This document shows positions 57,667 to 64,000 of a stretch of DNA of 64,000 nucleotides, piece after piece. Every line of letters begins with the position of its first letter. The stretch's first letter is position 1. The translations under genes and the position numbers were made by a program. The DNA lies in contig OZ024743.1 in NCBI GenBank assembly GCA_964016885.1, positions 96,162,001-96,226,000 of the forward strand, in the 5' to 3' direction. The notes below the pieces were generated by a model. It made no database searches. It was given only the letters and a program-made list of their open reading frames with translations, and had not been told where the DNA came from. The DNA comes from Eledone cirrhosa (Eukaryota).

Positions 57667-58218
57667 ATGTATATGTATATGTATGTATGTGTGGATGAAG
57701 GTATGTGTGTATATATAGGTGTAAGTGCACTAAATCCCTTTCTATCACTCTCCCCTCTCCTACCGACCACAGGGAGATATATGTATGTATATTGCTTCCA
57801 CCCCCTCACTGACCAGCAGCTGGCCATCTGGCCATTGCTAAATCTGACCTTTATAAAATAACCCACACCCCCAAATAACTCCTCATTCACCACCAGAAAG
57901 TCACACAGCAGTCAACTTGCTGCTACCAAGATGAAAACTACTATGAAATCCCACAATGGATTTTATACTTGAATTTTCAAATCTCAAATGTTAACTCTTC
58001 TTATTATTAATTGTTCTTAATATTAATCAACATTTGAAAAGATGGCTTTTGCAGACCCATCGAAACCGGTCATTTTTTATACCCTTTATTATTTCCTTAC
58101 CTTATAAAATTATGTTTTTTCACAAAAAAGTATTCTGTCTCTTATATATTCCATGTGCCATTACCAACCTCAATTTTCTCTATAACCTTCGTTTTGTGTA
58201 GAAAATTACACTTTTCAT
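56345..58218. mobile_element. ~400-bp inverted repeat pair (56345-56747 / 57777-58180), a putative inverted plus direct PLE pLTR
   Basis: Near-perfect reverse-complement arms around a ~1-kb spacer containing compound (TA)/(TG) repeats; microsatellites on both outer flanks. Confidence 0.85.
58029..58076 (+). ncRNA. Minimal type I hammerhead candidate, U3:A8 core variant (mirror copy on minus, 56448-56496)
   Basis: aacat-TTGAAAA-gatgg-cttttgcagac-ccatc-GAAA-ccgg-TC^-atttt; stem I is weak (4 of 5 pairs). Confidence 0.6.
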
Positions 58219-58235
58219 ATATATATATATATATA

Positions 58236-58475
58236 TATGAAATATAAGAATCAAAGAACTGTTCAAAACACAATAATGTTTTGAACAGTTCTTTGATTCT
58301 TATATTTCATATAACTGCTCTGTAAATCATCTGATGTTTTTTACATTGAGCTACTTAACTTACTGGTAATAAGGTAGTAATACATTACTGCCTACCACTA
58401 TTTAGGGTGTGTGTAAAATACTTACAACTGCTTAAGGTTTTGTGTTTACATAACCATAAATAGTATAACTAATAC

Positions 58476-58477
<2 letters not shown>
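58236..58477 (+). mobile_element. Fold-back insertion in (TA)n: ~36-bp perfect hairpin plus ~165-bp tail
   Basis: tatgaaatataagaatcaaagaactgttcaaaaca-caataa-tgttttgaacagttctttgattcttatatttcata. Confidence 0.65.
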
Positions 58478-58514
<37 letters not shown>

Positions 58515-59122
58515 ATGGTGGCTGCCAACTCGTTTTTTCGAGTACGGCCACTACTTTATATCCATGTAGGAGAACCCCTACCGGTGCGCTGAACGAGTGT
58601 GACCTTTTAGTCCAGCTACCGACTTGAAAACTCTGGTACAAACACTACATTTGTGACAATTATTGACACATGGTGCTGGGCCCATGGTACCATGTGACAA
58701 GTGCAGAGAGGTCTCCAGATATAAAGCAATGCCTGTGCCGTGAAGCTTTTATAGTGAGCAAAGTCACTGCACAAAACCAGTCCCACTCTCTGAAACCAAG
58801 ATGATATTTACCAAAAAGAAGAACAAGTCAACATCATTGGATACCATCAGGGTTGCAGGTGTTATATCAGAGTTTTCCTTCTCCTAGAATTCTGCCTTGA
58901 CAAAGGCTAAGGGTCATCTCTCCCGGTGATTTTGGATGGCCATTGACTCTTAAGAGCTCCTTTGCCCTTTGACAGGTTTTGTTTTTAGTCCTGCAGGATG
59001 TCCAAAGTCACCCTCCTCACCAAGAAACCTTGGTGGGGTTGCCAGTTTAGTCGCCAACAACCCGACCATGGGACAGGTTGTACTGGGATACATGTAACCA
59101 GTAGCACCAACTGGTGACCTGA
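58515..59122 (-). mobile_element. Internally deleted non-autonomous RTE derivative (~600 bp)
   Basis: 5' part has aaggc..ctaggagaaggaaaactc, which I recall from RTE 5' regions; 3' part encodes the terminal C2H2 finger CSVCTRVFKSVAGLKGHTRSAH then a stop; no RT between them. Confidence 0.65.
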
Positions 59123-59296
59123 CATATATATATATATATATATATATAGATTTTGAGTTTATGTTGGTTGTATACCAACACCACAGTATGCAGGCTGGAG
59201 CACTCGACGAAGTGCGCAGGTTGGTTTGGTTACTCCGGAGTAGTGTAAAGTAAAGTTAAATAAAAGTCAAATGATTAAAATTTAGCTTCGTTTATT

Positions 59297-59351
59297 ACTA
59301 CTATATATATTTCAGTGACAGCCATCTTTGGCTGTGACCTCTTCAGGCAGT
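59297..59351 (-). ncRNA. Type I hammerhead ribozyme, mirror copy
   Basis: Same motif on the minus strand; stem I has one G.U pair (actgc/gtagt). Confidence 0.82.
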
Positions 59352-59581
59352 TTGAATTAGTATGGTATAGACAAGTACATATGTTGTTTAGGTGTATAAT
59401 ATTGTCAATACTCTGATATGCCCAGTTCCTTGTTGGGTTGTTAGTTCACTGAGGAACTGGAGTCATATGACTCCAGTTCCTCAGTGAATTAACAACCCAA
59501 CAAGGAACTGGGCATATCAGAGTATTGACAATATTATACACCTAAACAACATATGTACTTGTCTATACCATACTAATTCAA

Positions 59582-59636
59582 ACTGCCTGAAGAGGTCACA
59601 GCCAAAGATGGCTGTCACTGAAATATATATAGCAGT
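59582..59636 (+). ncRNA. Type I hammerhead ribozyme with canonical core
   Basis: actgc-CTGAAGA-ggtcacagcc-aaagat-ggctgtcact-GAAA-tatata-TA^-gcagt; predicted cut after 59631. Confidence 0.85.
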
Positions 59637-59680
59637 AATAAACGAAGCTAAATTTTAATCATTTGACTTTTATTTAACTT

Positions 59681-59779
<99 letters not shown>

Positions 59780-59907
59780 ATAGCCGTCGAAACGGCTTGA
59801 GCCCTGCCGTCGGGGTCATACATTTTCCTATTACCCACTCTACTATCCTAAGTATTGAGTCCTCTAGTGCGTTATGGTCCATCTGGTTTCTTACCACAAC
59901 TCCTTCG

Positions 59908-59910
<3 letters not shown>
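59780..59910 (+). mobile_element. Family A remnant without a fold-back arm
   Basis: tagccgtcGAAAcggcttgagccctgccgTCggggtc plus tail; TA tracts on both sides. Confidence 0.75.
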
Positions 59911-59945
<35 letters not shown>

Positions 59946-60496
59946 TAGATTGAGTTATAAACTGAAAATAGTCTTTTACAATTAAATAGCTCAAAGAAGG
60001 GAATCTTTCCGAGCCGTGTAATACAAATGAATATATGAGATGGATGAACACCGCTACAAGTATACATGTGGTCCAATTGTAAATGACCAAGTTAGCTAGA
60101 TTGAAAAATACTAATTTAAACTAATATGGTTTGCCTGTTTCGATTTAAAGAAAGAAATCAATAAAAATAACAAACCTATATTCGGCAATTGCCGTTGATA
60201 GCCGGACAGATTCTAAATCTGTTTCGCAACAATTATTAAGTGAAAGTCACTATCCCTGTGTTCTTCTGCGGGTATCCAGGAAATTCGTACCTTTCACTTT
60301 AAAATTTATTACTTTAAATCGAGACAGGCAAACCATATTATTTTAAATTAGTATTTTTCAACCTAGCTAACTTGGTCATTTACAATTCGAACACATGTAT
60401 ACTTCATATATGTTTGACAATGAAAAATATTCTTAGTTGGACGGAAGAAAGTGAAATCTTATATATATATATGTGCAAGAGTCGACCCCAATTCGT

Positions 60497-60686
60497 ATGG
60501 ATTGGCAGTATCGGTAAAGGGTCGGACGCCATGCTTTGCGGCAAAGAGTTACGTCCCTTTACGATCAGAGTTCAAATCCTGCCGAGGTTAGCTTTGCCTT
60601 TCATCCTTACGGGGTCGATAAAATAAAGTACCAGTAATTCACTGGGATAATTGTTGGCCTTGTGCCAAAAATAGAAACAATTATTA
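60497..60686 (+). mobile_element. SINE family 1
   Basis: Full A/B boxes, core and tail. Confidence 0.85.
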
Positions 60687-60769
60687 TAATTACCGGTTCC
60701 ACTTAAGGCGCACAAAGGTTGCGTATGCCGAGACCCCAAGGGGGTTCGGTCGGGGGACCCTAACAGAGC

Positions 60770-61255
60770 ATCACAACCCCTACAGGTAAGGAGCAGGAAC
60801 TAGTGGAAGAAGGTAGATATAGTTTTCTCAACAAAGTTCCGTGGCTCTGATACTGTAGATTTGGATGGAGGATGGAAACTCCACTATTCAGGTATGGTGC
60901 CAGAAATGACTGCACAAGCAGGAGTGAGGATACTGACAAGTCCCCGGCTGTCAGAATGTGTTATGGACTGGATCTCATTAGGAGGAAGGCTTTGCCTCTT
61001 GAAGCTTAGGCTGGAAAATAAGTCTCTATGTGTGGTGCACGTTTATGCACCAAACAAGGAGTTCGAATACAGGTCCTTCCTTGATGAAGTCACAGCAGCG
61101 ATAGATGTAGTTAGCAGTCATATATCCTGATGGGAGAAGTCATTCCACATGTTGGCACTGAAGACCTGACATGGAAAGGAGTGATTGGAAGGAATGGCAA
61201 CCCCGATATAAATACGATAGGAGAAGCCTTATTAGACTTCTGTTCAAGCAATGGA
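60770..61255 (+). pseudogene. RTE-clade LINE apurinic-like endonuclease fragment
   Basis: GWKLHYSG..AQAGV.IL..PRL..RLCLLKLRL..VHVYAPN..FLDEV..LMGE...HVG...WKGVIGRNG..DIN..GEALLDFC. Confidence 0.8.
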
Positions 61256-61756
61256 CACAATACAATTGGATTCAGGAGCAACGGTTATCTAGATAATGCA
61301 GGCCAATGTTTCTTAGGAAATATTTGCTGCCTGTTTCTTGTGCTTGCCGGCCGAGTAAACGGTCACGGGTAGCAACGCAGCTAGGCAGGAGTTTATTGAG
61401 ATTATATTTTTATCAGTATACCACATCATCTTATGTAAGCTAGGCCAATAATTCTGTTATATTCTGATAAAATAAACTCATGATAAAACAAGTCCATCTA
61501 CCATTTGCAAATATAAGCACATCTATGGATAACAATACAACTAGGTTGAAACATATTAACAATACATTGAAAACTTTTCCACGAAGATCTTTTAAAATGT
61601 TCTTTGTGTCAGGTCCTTAAATGCCGGTATCTGTTTTACTAGTAGGATGTGTATTTGTGTGTAGAAACAGTGTTTTTAGTATAATTCATTGTTTTTTTTA
61701 TATTTTATTCATTGAAACTCCATTTGAGCTTCATCTTATCGATCCGGTATTTTGAA

Positions 61757-62140
61757 AATAATTGTTTCTACTTTAGGCACAAGGCCAGCAATTACCCAGT
61801 GCATTACTGATACTTTATTTTATCGACCCTGTAAGGATGAAAGGCAAAGTTAACCTCGGCGGGATTTGAACTCAGAATGGCAAGGGCCGTAACTCTATGC
61901 GTCAAAGCATGGCGTCCGACCATTTACCGATACTGACAATCCACCCCATTGAAAATAATGATTTCTACTATAGGCACAAAGCCAGCAGTTTGGGAAGAGG
62001 AGGAGCAAGACGATTAAATCGACACAGTGCATTACTGGTGCTTTATTTTATCGACACTGTAAGAATGAAATGAAAAGCTAAGGATTTGAACTCAGAAGAT
62101 AAAGGGCCGTAACTCTATGTCATAAAGCATATTGTCCGAT
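61757..62140 (-). mobile_element. Two adjacent minus-strand family-1 SINEs (61757-61947 young; 61955-62140 diverged)
   Basis: Reverse complement of the family-1 sequence; ttgaaaataat repeated around the first copy. Confidence 0.8.
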
Positions 62141-62199
62141 AGTCGACCCCATAAATTTAATATTAATATGTAGTCTAAAATATTCAACTTTTATATATA

Positions 62200-62392
62200 C
62201 GGTATATGGATTGGCAGTATCGGTAGAGGGTCGGACGCTCGGCTTTCCAGCATAGTTACGTCCCTTAACGATCTGAGTTCAAATCCCGCCGAGGTTGACT
62301 TTGCCTTTCATCCTTACGGGGTCGATAAAATAAAGTACTAGTAATACACTGGGATAATTGCTGGCCTTATGCCAAAAGTAGAAACAATTATT
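62200..62392 (+). mobile_element. SINE family 1
   Basis: Full-length match. Confidence 0.85.
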
Positions 62393-63081
62393 TATGTACT
62401 GAAAAAGACAATTGATCACAATGTCAGTTTTATTTTCTCTCTCTCTCTATTATTCAGATTACGATGAGATTAAAAGATATTTCTTATTAATAGGAGTTTT
62501 CTCTGGGTGTGTGTGTGGGGGGGGGGGCATAGGGTGATCTCATGTGTGGGAGCCAGCTGGAAGACAGAAAGAGCCATGAAGAATATGACGAATGTGAGGT
62601 TCAATTCCCTTCCTCTGTGAGACTTTTTCCAGTCACCAGGTGTACTTTACACGGCATATTCCACTATTATTTAGAGTTCATCTGCATTGTAGAAGCTTTT
62701 CAAAAAGCAAAGATATTTTCAAATTCACCCAATGAAGTACTGAGATTGATATAATCGACTTTCTTTCCCCGTTTTTTAAACATAAATTCTATTAAAATAA
62801 ATTTTCTCACAGTTGCAAGGGAGATTAATCTTTCTAAACTTCCTATGTCTTGTTGCTCTCCCATTAAGTATTCGGCATTGGATTTAATGGGTTCGGTTTG
62901 TTTATTTATTTATTCAATTTCAACGTCCGTGTAGAGCTAGTAAGCGATGACAGACTATGGGAAGTATCGAGTACTCCTTAGAGTTTCTAACCAAAAAAGT
63001 CTAGTGAGACAAGTAATAATAATAAAAAAATTAAAAAAGGGGAAAAAAAACATAAAATAGAATAAAAATATAATTTGTAAT

Positions 63082-63253
63082 ATTGTTTCTACTTTAGGCA
63101 CAAGGCCAGCAATTATCCCAGTGCATTACTGGTACTTTATTTTATCGACCCCGTAAGGATGAAAGGCAAAGTTAACCTCGGCAGGATGTGAACTCAGAAT
63201 GGCAAGGGCCGTAACTCTATGCGTCAAAGCATGGCGGCCGACCCTCTACCGAT
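63082..63253 (-). mobile_element. SINE family 1
   Basis: Reverse-complement match; flanks ataatttgtaatattg / ataatttgaaatattg. Confidence 0.85.
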
Positions 63254-63594
63254 AATTTGAAATATTGAGGGCGAACGTGAGGCAGATTATGGATAGGAAA
63301 ACGAAAAGGTGAAACAATGGAAGCTGTAAACAGTTATGTGAGAATGTAGTTATACGGATTTGTGGGATGAAACACAGAAATGAGATGTTTGTTCTTTGAA
63401 TATACATTGAATGTTTCTCTAATAAGTATTTCTTAAATAAATCTTCTTTGAATATGTTTTAGTTCTCTGGAATTATCATAACAGTTACATGTCATTTCCG
63501 TTACAGACCATTTATTCCAGAGAAGGAGAGAGGGTCATAGAGAGGAAGTAAGAAAGGAATTTAGAGGATGAATTGACTCCAGTGTATTACTGGT

Positions 63595-64000
63595 TCTTCT
63601 CAGCCCTCCACTCCCTATACTACTCTATGTCTATCATCTGCCCCCCCCCCACCCCACCCCACCCCACACACACACACACTTTACAGTATTACATTCTTCC
63701 TCAGCCCCCCACTCCCTAAACTACTCTATATCTATCAATCTGCCCCCCACCCAACCCCACTCCCACCCCTTACAATATTACACTCTTCCTCAGCCCTCCA
63801 CTCCATATACTACTCTGTATCTATCAATCTGCCCCCCCCCCTTACAATATTACACTCTTCCTCAGCCCTCCACTCCATATACTACTCTGTATCTATCAAT
63901 CTGCCCCCCCCTTACAATATTACACTCTTCCTCAGCCCTCCACTCCATATACTACTCTATATCTAGCAATCTGCCCCCCTTTACAATATTACACTCTTCC
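63595..64000. repeat. ~70-bp C-rich minisatellite running off the window end
   Basis: Unit ttacaatattacactcttcctcagccctccactccatatactactctRtatctatcaatctg(c)n; about 5 copies with a variable poly-C segment. Confidence 0.92.

Larger units (their letters stand above)
59150..59682. mobile_element. PLE pLTR-like element forming a 432-bp palindrome (59251-59682) plus a ~100-bp unique tail, in (TA)n
   Basis: Centre gagtcat|atgactc at 59466/59467, no spacer, two mismatches seen. Confidence 0.9.

Noticed and set aside
57070-57893. Several 100-264 aa ORFs rich in C/V/Y/I or H/T
   Set aside because: Translations of compound (TA)/(TG) microsatellite; the same applies to ORFs at 1783-2161, 3858-4236, 9036-9323, 14924 and 54753
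62430-62760. Coding exon after the strong acceptor-like ..ctctctattattcag at ~62458
   Set aside because: No sustained ORF follows the acceptor, and the 70-aa ORF at 62542 has no recognisable domain

Overview
AT-rich, repeat-dominated eukaryotic DNA with no intact protein-coding gene that I can support. The SINE types, dense (TA)n/(TG)n/(GA)n tracts and LINE mix suggest an invertebrate genome, probably a cephalopod such as Octopus (inference). Contents: a Penelope-like element (PLE) ORF fragment with a GIY-YIG endonuclease (1-765); two abundant tRNA-derived SINE families; a decayed Tc1/mariner with a nested piggyBac-type MITE and a CRE-like LINE tail; a Tx1/L1 + R4/Dong + RTE LINE stack (19.3-26.5 kb); RTE derivatives; and a ~21.9 kb satellite (29.4-51.3 kb) of a quasi-palindromic 23-bp unit with higher-order structure. 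The most notable signal is a set of about ten short, sequence-diverse insertions in (TA)n tracts. Most are fold-back inverted repeats and carry type I hammerhead ribozyme motifs, some complete and some truncated. They include a 432-bp zero-spacer palindrome with a hammerhead on each strand, a hammerhead with a branched 78-nt stem II insertion, and one with a U3:A8 core covariation. I read them as PLE pseudo-LTR remnants or non-autonomous ribozyme retroelements. All folds and alignments were done by eye and none was computed.
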